A DNA stretch of 32,071 nucleotides. It comes from an uncultured Verrucomicrobiales bacterium. Its GTDB lineage: Bacteria > Verrucomicrobiota > Verrucomicrobiia > Verrucomicrobiales > DEV007. Below, piece after piece: positions 18,053-26,625 of this stretch. The notes beneath the pieces were generated by a model. It was not told where the DNA came from and made no database searches. It saw nothing but the letters and a program-made list of their open reading frames with translations. Made by a program: the position numbers and the translations under genes. Position 1 is the first letter of the stretch, and each line of letters opens with the position of its first letter. The stretch is taken from positions 1-32,071 of the forward strand of contig CALKOM010000009.1 of assembly GCA_938091905.1 (NCBI GenBank), in the 5' to 3' direction.

Positions 18053-19060
18053 CGACTGAGCTCTAATAGAAGACGCCATTGCTGCCTCGCCCTTGGTGTA
18101 AATGTCAGCGCCCATCCTCCAGCGGAATACGTGTGGCAATTCAACGGAACACAACAGACTAACCAGAAGAGTTCCCATCTCCATCTAGCGCTCTTCCTTA
18201 TGCAAGACAATGGACTCTATCAAGTCACCGCAAAGAATGCCTTTGGAATGTCAAAAACGTTGTCATTTCCCGCGATCGTTAAAGATACTTCACCATTTGC
18301 ACCGCAGTCCGCTGAATACAGTCGCGGGAACTCGGGTGAAGAGATTCCAAACAAGATCGGACAAGTTCTAGAGTCTGCCATAGTCGTGAACGATGACTTT
18401 GTGGTCGATCGTATGACGGTAGCGATCACCATCACCCACACTGCCGTCGACCAATTGACAGCAGAACTTTATGCCCCGGGGAATCCAGTTCCTGTGCTGC
18501 TCTTTGACCGTCCCAGTAAGAATGGAGCCGGTAGACACTTAGACAACACGAGATTTGACGATGCTGCTCCAGAACTACTGAGAGATGGAATCGCACCATT
18601 CTTGGGAACCTATTCAGTGGAAGAAGGAAGCTTGCGCCAACTCGTCGGTATACCCGCTAGTGGGGATTGGCGTCTACGAATCACCGATGGCATGCAAACT
18701 TCCGGCACCGGTCAGTTGGAAAACTGGTCCATCAAGCTCCTGCCAACGCCTCCACCTGTTCGCTTCGAAACGTGGTCACTCCTCACAGGCGAGACTGACA
18801 CACTCGTCTATGCGCTCACAGAACCCACTGCTTTCCTGACAGGGAAGATCAGTTTGGAAATGTCACGTTGTCACATCGGCGCTGGAGCCGTCCGGAAGAC
18901 ATCCTTTACCGCTACGAGGTCTCAAATGACCTGCTGGACTGGCGAACGCCTCAAAACCTACGGATCCATACGCCAGCGCACATCAGATCCGGTTGAAGAC
19001 GTCCACATAACCTGGCAACCCATCGGCCAGCAGCAATTTCTCCGACTCCGAACCGACTAG
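18053..19060 (+). pseudogene. C-terminal remnant of a surface protein: Ig-like domain + proprotein-convertase P domain + C-terminal FLRL-type domain
   Basis: Ig strands LGVNVSAHPPAEYVWQFNG...DNGLYQVTAKNAFG; P-domain VAITITHTAVDQLTAELYAPG...GDWRLRITD...GQLENWSI. No signal peptide. Better frame at 18841-18960 (VTLSHRRWSRPEDILYRYEVSNDLLDW) indicates compensating frameshifts. Confidence 0.7.
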
Positions 19061-21285
19061 TAAACCCAAGGACGTGCCTGTTTCACCGCGAGCTCGCCTT
19101 CCTTGGTCAGTTTGAATTCGATCTCCATGGCGAACTTCGGATCATCTATCTTCTTTTGATAGAGTTTTGCAAACTCAGCATGAACGGTTCCCAAAGCGTC
19201 ACGTAACTCATCTCGTTTTGATTCAGACAAAATCTCCTTATCTGACGAGACGCGATTCGACGCACGCATGAGCCGATCCTTGTCAGACCTACGCCAATCT
19301 AACAAATACTCTTCTGGGGCGGATGCTTGTTCCGGATTCGTAACCAAATCTTCGCCAATCTGGGTGTTCACATAGTAACTTCCGTCCGTTTGATAGAGGA
19401 TATCGTCAGTGACCGCGACGCCATTAGCAATCTCATCAGAGAAGTTGGGATGCAGGAGGACGCCCATTGCCGCAGAGAGATGATCGATACGATAGAAGGC
19501 CCGTTCCTCAAACGCGCGGAGATTCCAGATACTCGCGTAGACCTGCCGGATCGACTTTGACAGATGCCCTTCATCTGGATGATGCGTATACGAATCGTAG
19601 AGGCCGGCCCCGCTGAATCCCTGAAGATCTTCATTGTTGGTACTAGACCGACAACGGATCGAAGTCCCCTCATCGAAGACATTCTGCAGCTCGTTCAGAG
19701 CTGCTCTCAAGGTGTCTGGGAAATCTCCCTTCTTGATCTTCTTGCGGAAATCTTTCAGCTCATCCTGTAGACCTTCTCGATCGTCGGCCAACGAGACATC
19801 CGCTATCAACTTCTTCGCTTTCACATCAAAGCCATTGTGTTGCATGAAAGTGACATAGAAGTAAAACGGTATGGCATGCCCCTTAGGTATCATGTTCGAA
19901 GGCAAGCCTAACTGGTGCATCGCCGCGAGATTAGCAGCTTTCACTCCGATACTGTGCGAATCGCTAAAGTTGAGATCCTTCAACGGACGAATCGAGGTCT
20001 TTGTCAGATCAGATGGAAGCACCTGAATCTCCTTTGGACGCCGTGCGGACAAATGAGCTTCCATCTCGGCAACTGTGGCTTCACGGAGCTCATAACCATC
20101 GGCCGAGACTCTGTAATAGACGTTCTTGTCCAAGAGCGCCTGCACTTCAGGATTCTCGGCAATTCCTGCGATGAATGCGTTCGGCACCTTGTCCTGAATG
20201 GCCCGAAGGTTGACGTGAGACAACGGCGTCTGGCGTACCGCGCTGACCACGCCAGCTGTTCTAGGCATTTCGTTAGGCAAGACTTTACAGAGAACGATGT
20301 CTCGCGCTGAGGGCAACGTGTCTTCAGCAAGGATGCGGAGTCTCCCGTAAGACTCTGCTGGATTCAGCGGTAAGAACGCGATGTCTCCGAGAAGGTCTTC
20401 TTCAAAGTAGACTGAGAGATCGGCGTCTTCGTACTGCTTCGTTTCCTCGACATAACGTGCCACTGAGTCTCGTGAAAGCGGACAGTAGCCCACGCGACCT
20501 TTCAAGAGGGGCATCTTATCCACAAGCAGGTTGCGAGACATGTCGATAGCTTCGAACGCGTAGTCGTCATTCGGCTCATACTCGAACGTATAGACGCCTG
20601 GTTCTCCGTTAGGAGCTTTCGCCATTGGTCGGTAAATGAGCACCCCGCGCATCTGGCTTTCTCGCTCGTCACCTCGTCCAAGCATTTCAATATTGACGGC
20701 TCCCATAAACATCGGATGACCACGGTGGGTTTTCGTATTGATGAAGTAGAGATCAGGATGGTCGGTATCCGCCTTTTCAATCTGAAACTTCACGAACTCC
20801 ATGCCGCTGAGATGGGTATCGACCAGCACCTCGGCCCCTTGATAAGAGAGCTTCTTAAATGTCTCGCGGTTGGGAATACTAGCAGTTCCATCCTCAAACT
20901 CTAGATCCTCAGGCTTTACAGGTTCGCCCTCGACTTCACCGCGACCACGCCCTCCTCTTCCTGGAAACCGAGGTGCAAGTTCGCCACCCTCCAAGATACC
21001 ATTCTCGTCTTCGTCCAAGGTCGCAAGCTGGGTGGGTGCTGCCGCGATTTCCTCGGCAGAGATCTCGCCATCCTCATCCTTATCCAGAGCCCGCATCACG
21101 GGTGCCATCCGCATCATCATCATTCCGCGCATGCCGCCGCGCCCCCCACCTCGTCCTTCAGGTGCTGCAGAATCGTCACCCGGACGTCTCGGTGGCCCTT
21201 CACCACCGAATCTAGGAGGCCCCTGAGCAGAAGCAGACACGAGTAGCAGCACAAATAGAGCGAGAGTACGTTGGAGAAAGTTCAT
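19057..21285 (-). CDS. Secreted EF-hand protein with phospho-His swivel-like domain and C-terminal PPDK/PEP-synthase-type ATP-grasp domain (dikinase-like)
   Basis: Signal peptide ending ASA|Q; EF-hand loops DKDEDGEISAEE and DEDENGILEGGE; TAGVVSAVRQTPLSHVNLRA; IGVKAANLA; RCRSSTNNEDLQGFSGAGLYDS; MEIEF...KQARP. Confidence 0.85.
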   Translation of the reverse strand: MNFLQRTLALFVLLLVSASAQGPPRFGGEGPPRRPGDDSAAPEGRGGGRGGMRGMMMMRMAPVMRALDKDEDGEISAEEIAAAPTQLATLDEDENGILEGGELAPRFPGRGGRGRGEVEGEPVKPEDLEFEDGTASIPNRETFKKLSYQGAEVLVDTHLSGMEFVKFQIEKADTDHPDLYFINTKTHRGHPMFMGAVNIEMLGRGDERESQMRGVLIYRPMAKAPNGEPGVYTFEYEPNDDYAFEAIDMSRNLLVDKMPLLKGRVGYCPLSRDSVARYVEETKQYEDADLSVYFEEDLLGDIAFLPLNPAESYGRLRILAEDTLPSARDIVLCKVLPNEMPRTAGVVSAVRQTPLSHVNLRAIQDKVPNAFIAGIAENPEVQALLDKNVYYRVSADGYELREATVAEMEAHLSARRPKEIQVLPSDLTKTSIRPLKDLNFSDSHSIGVKAANLAAMHQLGLPSNMIPKGHAIPFYFYVTFMQHNGFDVKAKKLIADVSLADDREGLQDELKDFRKKIKKGDFPDTLRAALNELQNVFDEGTSIRCRSSTNNEDLQGFSGAGLYDSYTHHPDEGHLSKSIRQVYASIWNLRAFEERAFYRIDHLSAAMGVLLHPNFSDEIANGVAVTDDILYQTDGSYYVNTQIGEDLVTNPEQASAPEEYLLDWRRSDKDRLMRASNRVSSDKEILSESKRDELRDALGTVHAEFAKLYQKKIDDPKFAMEIEFKLTKEGELAVKQARPWVY

Positions 21286-21407
21286 GAGGATCGAGATGTA
21301 GATTCAAGAATTCCACAGCTTGATGACAGGACCATGACAAATCCATGACATTTGCCACGAATAGAGAAAGCACTTGTCAGTGACTACATTCCTGACGAAA
21401 TGACGGC

Positions 21408-22394
21408 GTGGCCTCCTCAATCAGCCTCTGGAAACGACTTCGATTCCGCATCGAAGCGCTCGGTGTTCGTGCCATGGCACGAATCCTTCCAGTCCTCCCT
21501 CGGAAGGGACTCCTTCATCTCGCGCATGGCCTGAGTTTCCTCGCCTACCGCATCGATCGACGAGGCCGGGGCATTGCAAACGAGAACCTACGGATCGTTT
21601 TTCCTGACAAAGATGCAGCGACACGCACTCAACTGGTCAAGGGCTCCTATTTCCATCAGACAAAGAGCGCTCTCGATCTGATGTGGGCACCACGCAACCT
21701 TTCTGCTAGTAGCTCTGCTAACCTGGTGAAGTACACATTCGAAGATCGGCAGGACTTTGAGACGATCGGCGATGATGCTGCCATCTGGGTGACCCCTCAT
21801 TACGGGACATTCGAGTGGCTCTCCATGGATTGGTCACTGCATCACGACAAAAAGCCATTGATCGTGGCCGAGGATTTCCGGAACCCTGCCCTGACTCCAA
21901 TATTCACTAAGATTCGCGAGTATTCGGGCATTACAATCATCCCCCAAGAGCGCGCGATGATGCGGCTTCTCAAACACGTGAAGCGTGGAGGACAGACCGC
22001 CTTTCTAACTGATCTGCGGGTTAAGCCGAGCAAGGCTTCCACGATCATTGAGTGCTTTGGATTCAAGACCAGCGTGACCATTCTTCATGCCTTCTTGGCG
22101 AAACAGACGGGGGCTCCAGTCATTCCTGTGATCTGTTTGCCTCAGAGCGATGGGACCTATCACTTCCACTTTCACCGCAGATTAGCTATCGGGGAGGACG
22201 CAACGCCTCAAGAGATTGCCCAGCAATGCTGGGACGTTTTTGAGCATACCATCCGAGATAATCCTGCGCCCTGGATGTGGATGTACAAGCATTGGCGTTA
22301 CCTGCCGAAGGATCGCCAGATTACCTACCCATCGTATGCGTCTCATTCAAAAGCCTTTGCGAAAGTCGAAAGTGAATTGGAGAATCAAGCATGA
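21408..22394 (+). CDS. Lipid A late acyltransferase (LpxL/HtrB family)
   Basis: Catalytic Hx4E motif TPHYGTFEW; FLTD; C-terminal IRDNPAPWMWMYKHWR typical of the family. Confidence 0.85.
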   Translation: MASSISLWKRLRFRIEALGVRAMARILPVLPRKGLLHLAHGLSFLAYRIDRRGRGIANENLRIVFPDKDAATRTQLVKGSYFHQTKSALDLMWAPRNLSASSSANLVKYTFEDRQDFETIGDDAAIWVTPHYGTFEWLSMDWSLHHDKKPLIVAEDFRNPALTPIFTKIREYSGITIIPQERAMMRLLKHVKRGGQTAFLTDLRVKPSKASTIIECFGFKTSVTILHAFLAKQTGAPVIPVICLPQSDGTYHFHFHRRLAIGEDATPQEIAQQCWDVFEHTIRDNPAPWMWMYKHWRYLPKDRQITYPSYASHSKAFAKVESELENQA

Positions 22395-23275
22395 CTAGCA
22401 ATCGACTTCCCACCCTCGGCTTTGTTGGCATTGGCGTCATGGGCCGGTCCATGGCCGGTCATCTTCTGGAAGCTGGATACCCTCTTCACATTTACAATCG
22501 CACCCGTTCCAAAGCTGATGCCCTTGTATCTCAAGGGGCCCGTTGGCAAGACTCTCCGGCCGACGTGGCCAAGGCTTCTGACATTGTCATTACGATCATT
22601 GGATTCCCCACCGACGTGGAAGCTGCCTATTTAGGGCCGGAAGGCATCATCGCGAATGCCAAGCCTGGGAGCATCCTAATCGACATGACGACATCCAGTC
22701 CGAAGCTTGCTCAACAGATCGCCGAGGCTGCAAGTGCTCTTCAGCTTCAGGCGCTTGATGCACCGGTATCGGGCGGAGATCTTGGCGCTCGCGAGGCGCG
22801 CCTGTCGATCATGGTTGGCGGCGAGGAATCTACTTTTGATCAGGTGAAACCGATCTTTGAGGTGATGGGCAAGAATATCGTCTATCAGGGGCCCGCTGGC
22901 AGTGGGCAACACACGAAGATGGCCAATCAGGTCGCCATCGCCTCCGGCATGCTCGGTGTCTGCGAGGCTGTGGCTTACGCAGAACGCTCAGGCTTGGACG
23001 CCAATCGCGTTCTCGAAAGCATCTCCTCAGGGGCTGCAGGAAGCTGGTCGCTCAGCAACCTCGCCCCTCGGATCATTAAAGGCGACTTCAATCCTGGCTT
23101 CTTCGTGAAACACTTTATCAAGGACATGACCATCGCTCTTCAGGAAGCGGACGACATGGGGCTCGACTTTCCAGGGCTCACTGCCGCGAGAGAGGCCTAC
23201 GAGAAACTGGCCGCCTCTGGAGGCGAAGACCTGGGAACCCAGGGTCTTTATAAGCTGTATCAAGCTAGTGAATAG
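22391..23275 (+). CDS. NAD(P)-dependent beta-hydroxyacid dehydrogenase (3-hydroxyisobutyrate DH / tartronate semialdehyde reductase family)
   Basis: GFVGIGVMG Rossmann motif, DAPVSGG, catalytic KMANQ, FIKDM. Confidence 0.92.
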   Translation: MTSNRLPTLGFVGIGVMGRSMAGHLLEAGYPLHIYNRTRSKADALVSQGARWQDSPADVAKASDIVITIIGFPTDVEAAYLGPEGIIANAKPGSILIDMTTSSPKLAQQIAEAASALQLQALDAPVSGGDLGAREARLSIMVGGEESTFDQVKPIFEVMGKNIVYQGPAGSGQHTKMANQVAIASGMLGVCEAVAYAERSGLDANRVLESISSGAAGSWSLSNLAPRIIKGDFNPGFFVKHFIKDMTIALQEADDMGLDFPGLTAAREAYEKLAASGGEDLGTQGLYKLYQASE

Positions 23276-23293
23276 AAACCGGGACCGGGGCGC

Positions 23294-23322
23294 TTGACAG
23301 ACTTGCGGCTCGCCCGTAGAGA
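23294..23322 (+). promoter_or_regulatory. Putative sigma70 promoter of rplI
   Basis: TTGACA (23294-23299), 17-nt spacer, weak -10 TAGAGA. Confidence 0.4.
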
Positions 23323-23356
23323 ACGCCTCCCAACACAACAGCAACTATAGAAGACC

Positions 23357-23845
23357 ATGGCTACGATTGATATTATTCTGCGCGAGAAGATTGACGGACT
23401 AGGAGCTGAAGCGGACGTCGTCGGCGTTCGTCGCGGTTACGCTCGTAACTTCCTCATCCCCACCGGCAAAGCCATGGAGGCGACCACTGCCAACAAATCT
23501 CAGCTTGAGAACCTCAAGCGTTCCCGTGCACAGCGCGAGGCCAAAGAGCTTGACGAAGCCCAGGCGATCGCCGCGAAGGTGGCGAAAGTCCGCATGAAGT
23601 TGACGATTGCCCTTGGCCAGGGAGGCAAAGCTTTTGGCTCCATCACCACTCAGCAACTTGCGGAAACACTTTCTGATCGTGTGAAAACGACGATCGATCG
23701 TCACCAAATCGTGTTGGATAAAGCGATCAAGACGACCGGCAAGTTCGAGATTCCCGTGAAGCTTCATCCGGAAATCAGCTCCAAGTTGCGCCTCGAAGTG
23801 ACCCCTGAAGAGACTGCCGAAGAAGAGGCGGCTTCCTCCAAGTAG
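23357..23845 (+). CDS. rplI: 50S ribosomal protein L9
   Basis: LGAEADVVGVRRGYARNFLIPTGKA signature; GKAFGSIT; IKTTGKFEIPVKLHPEI. Confidence 0.97.
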   Translation: MATIDIILREKIDGLGAEADVVGVRRGYARNFLIPTGKAMEATTANKSQLENLKRSRAQREAKELDEAQAIAAKVAKVRMKLTIALGQGGKAFGSITTQQLAETLSDRVKTTIDRHQIVLDKAIKTTGKFEIPVKLHPEISSKLRLEVTPEETAEEEAASSK

Positions 23846-23870
23846 TCGCGCCAGTTCATTTTAAGAAGCG

Positions 23871-23910
23871 AAGAGGCTCTGGGCGAAGGCTCAGAGCCTC
23901 TTTCGTTTCT
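23871..23910 (+). terminator. Intrinsic terminator after rplI
   Basis: 14-bp stem AAGAGGCTCTGGGC / GCTCAGAGCCTCTT (one G-T pair) with GAAG loop, followed by a T-rich tail. Confidence 0.8.
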
Positions 23911-23929
23911 GCTTTGAGTCGTCAGGAGT

Positions 23930-23956
23930 TTGCTAAAGTTTTATAAAGTTTAGCAA
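23930..23956. promoter_or_regulatory. AT-rich inverted repeat, operator-like
   Basis: TTGCTAAA-gttttataaag-TTTAGCAA, upstream of the hydrolase-parE-parC run. Confidence 0.4.
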
Positions 23957-24024
23957 TCCCCAGCCGAGTTTCACGTGGTCCTCGTCTTGCGTAATCGCGC
24001 CCGTGGGATTCATATAACGGCTAT

Positions 24025-24747
24025 ATGTTTGGCGAAATTCGGAATCCTCAGGGCGAACTGTTAGAATACGATTACCTAAAGGGCGCGGAGGGCGATGCCC
24101 GTCTTGTGGTCTTGGGCCACGGTGTCACTGGAAACAAGGACAGGCCGGTCGTGAAGGGATTGGCTGCGGTTCTTCAACAAACCGGTATTGCGAGCCTCAC
24201 CTTTTCATTTGCTGGGAACGGTGGCTCCGAAGGCCAGTTCACCGATTGCACGGTGACGAAAGAAGTGGCCGATCTCGGGGCCATTCTCGACGCTGTGAGT
24301 GGTGACGGGCGTGTCCTCGCATATGGCGGGCACTCCATGGGTGGTGCTGTTGGAGTCTTACGCGCCTCCGGCGATGATCGAATCAAAGTCCTCCTCTCAC
24401 TCGCGGGCATGGTCGACTGCCACAAGTTTGCACAAACTGAGTTTGGCGAAGAGAAATCAGGTTTCATGTGGGAAGACGAGGATTGTCCGCTTTCTACCAC
24501 TTACATGGATGATATGGCCTCCATCGGTACCATCGTGGATCGTGGCAGTGAGATTAAGGTTCCTTGGCTCCTACTTCACGGCACTGAAGATGACGTCGTT
24601 CTGATCCAGGACTCAATCGATATCGAGGCCAAGGCCGCTTGTGAGCACAAGTTTATCACGATCGAGGGCGCTGATCATAGTTTCTCAGAACATGCCGATC
24701 AAATGACGGAACCTGCCGTCGATTGGGTGAAGACGCATTTGAAATAG
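24025..24747 (+). CDS. Alpha/beta-fold hydrolase
   Basis: HG oxyanion motif (LGHG), nucleophile GHSMGG, LLHGTEDDVV (Asp), GADHSF (His). Confidence 0.92.
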   Translation: MFGEIRNPQGELLEYDYLKGAEGDARLVVLGHGVTGNKDRPVVKGLAAVLQQTGIASLTFSFAGNGGSEGQFTDCTVTKEVADLGAILDAVSGDGRVLAYGGHSMGGAVGVLRASGDDRIKVLLSLAGMVDCHKFAQTEFGEEKSGFMWEDEDCPLSTTYMDDMASIGTIVDRGSEIKVPWLLLHGTEDDVVLIQDSIDIEAKAACEHKFITIEGADHSFSEHADQMTEPAVDWVKTHLK

Positions 24748-24750
24748 CCC

Positions 24751-26622
24751 ATGGCGAAGTACAACGAAGACAGCATCCGGACCCTCGACTGGCAGGAACA
24801 CATCCGCCTGCGTCCCGGCATGTACATCGGGAAACTTGGTGACGGAAGTACTCCAGATGACGGTATCTACGTCCTAGCCAAAGAAGTCATCGACAACTCG
24901 ATCGACGAATTTGTCATGGGAAATGGCAAGCTCATCGAAGTGACGCTGGATGACGGAGCCATGTGGGTGCGCGATTACGGCCGCGGGATTCCGTTAGGCA
25001 AATTGGAAGATTGTGCGGCCAAGATCAATACAGGCGCCAAATACGATTCAGAAGCTTTCAAAAAGTCTGTTGGGCTGAATGGGGTTGGTATCAAAGCCGT
25101 CAATGCACTGTCATCTCAGTTCAATATCCAAGCCTTCCGTGAGGGCAAGACTCGTGATCTCGAGTTCAGTCGTGGCATCCTTAAGAAGGACTGCAAGCGA
25201 TCCTACAAAACTGTTGAGCAGGACGGAACAGAGTTAGGATTTCGCCCAGACGAGAAGATCTTTAAAAACTACCAGTTCCAAACGGAGTATCTTGAGAAGA
25301 TGTTCCGATTCTATTCGTACTTGAATACGGGGCTCACGATCAAATTCAATGGCAAGTCTTTCCGTTCCAAGAATGGCCTGCTCGATCTCTTAAATGAAAC
25401 GCTCAGTGATGAGCCACGCTATCCCGTTGCCCATCTCAGTGGACACGATATTGAGATCGCGTTCACCCACGGACCTCAATACGGCGAAGAGTATTACAGC
25501 TTCGTCAATGGCCAACACACGACACAAGGTGGCACGCATCTCGCCGCTTTTCGTGAAGCCTTTGCCAAGACAGTGCGTGACTTCTACAAGAAGAAGTATG
25601 AGGCGGCCGACATCCGGGGCTCCATTATCGCGGCCATCAGCATTAAAGTGCAAGAGCCTGTTTTCGAGTCGCAGACTAAGACAAAGTTAGGCTCGACCCA
25701 CATTGCTCCTGGCGGCGCCACCATCCGCACGTTCATCGGCAATTTCGTCGCGAAGGAACTCGACAACTACCTGCACAAACACCCTGAAGTTGCCAAGGCA
25801 CTTGAGAATCGAATCCAGCAAGCAGAGCTGGAGCGGAAGGAACTCAAAGGCATTCAGAAGATGGCTCGAGAACGGGCGCGGAAGGCCAAGATCAACAACA
25901 GTAAGCTCCGCGATTGTCGTGTCCATTTTAATACGAAGCACAAACTTGCCGAACAGACGACCGTCTTCATTACCGAGGGCAACTCTGCCAGTGGCACGAT
26001 CGGCAAAGCCCGCAGTGTCGATACTCAGGCGGTCTTTAGCCTAAAGGGGAAACCGTTGAATTGCTTTGGCCTGTCCAAGAAAGTGGTTTACGAGAACGAA
26101 GAATTCAATCTTCTGCAGCACGCCTTGAACATCGAGGACGGCCTCGAGGGACTCCGCTACAATCGCGTTGTTCTCGCCACGGATGCCGATGTCGATGGCA
26201 TGCACATTCGCTTGTTGTTAGTGACCTTTTTTCTTCAGTTCTTCTCCGATCTGATCAAGCAGGGGCACGTCTATATTTTACAAACGCCACTCTTCCGCGT
26301 GCGGAACAAGAAGATCACTCGCTATTGCTACTCGGAGGAAGACCGCGTGGCCGCGATGAAAGAGTGCGGCAAGACTGCTGAAATCACGCGTTTTAAGGGT
26401 CTCGGCGAGATCGATGGCAAGGAGATGAGTGATTTCATCGGTTCTAACATCCGTCTTGACCCAGTCATCGTTGAGGCAGGTTCTTCGATCAACGAAATGC
26501 TCACTTTTTACATGGGCAAAAACACAGCAGATAGGCAGAAGTACATCATCGACAACCTCCGTGTTGAAGAGAGCTTGGACGCCGAAGAAGAGGACGAAGA
26601 GGCCATGGAGGAGGCCGTTTAG
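24751..26622 (+). CDS. parE: Type IIA topoisomerase subunit B (topoisomerase IV ParE-like, short form)
   Basis: [58 protein letters not shown]. Confidence 0.88.
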   Translation: MAKYNEDSIRTLDWQEHIRLRPGMYIGKLGDGSTPDDGIYVLAKEVIDNSIDEFVMGNGKLIEVTLDDGAMWVRDYGRGIPLGKLEDCAAKINTGAKYDSEAFKKSVGLNGVGIKAVNALSSQFNIQAFREGKTRDLEFSRGILKKDCKRSYKTVEQDGTELGFRPDEKIFKNYQFQTEYLEKMFRFYSYLNTGLTIKFNGKSFRSKNGLLDLLNETLSDEPRYPVAHLSGHDIEIAFTHGPQYGEEYYSFVNGQHTTQGGTHLAAFREAFAKTVRDFYKKKYEAADIRGSIIAAISIKVQEPVFESQTKTKLGSTHIAPGGATIRTFIGNFVAKELDNYLHKHPEVAKALENRIQQAELERKELKGIQKMARERARKAKINNSKLRDCRVHFNTKHKLAEQTTVFITEGNSASGTIGKARSVDTQAVFSLKGKPLNCFGLSKKVVYENEEFNLLQHALNIEDGLEGLRYNRVVLATDADVDGMHIRLLLVTFFLQFFSDLIKQGHVYILQTPLFRVRNKKITRYCYSEEDRVAAMKECGKTAEITRFKGLGEIDGKEMSDFIGSNIRLDPVIVEAGSSINEMLTFYMGKNTADRQKYIIDNLRVEESLDAEEEDEEAMEEAV

Positions 26623-26625
26623 TCC

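Noticed and set aside
21105..21150. CATCATCATCAT and GC-rich low-complexity run
   Set aside because: Encodes the GGRGGMRGMMMMRM linker of the EF-hand protein; not an independent repeat element.
19057..21285. Annotation as phosphoenolpyruvate synthase (ppsA) or rifampin phosphotransferase
   Set aside because: No pyruvate-binding barrel, reversed domain order, and it has a signal peptide and EF-hands.
23930..23956. Possible dif (XerCD) site near parE/parC
   Set aside because: Does not match the XerD arm consensus TTATGTTAAAT or the 11-6-11 layout.
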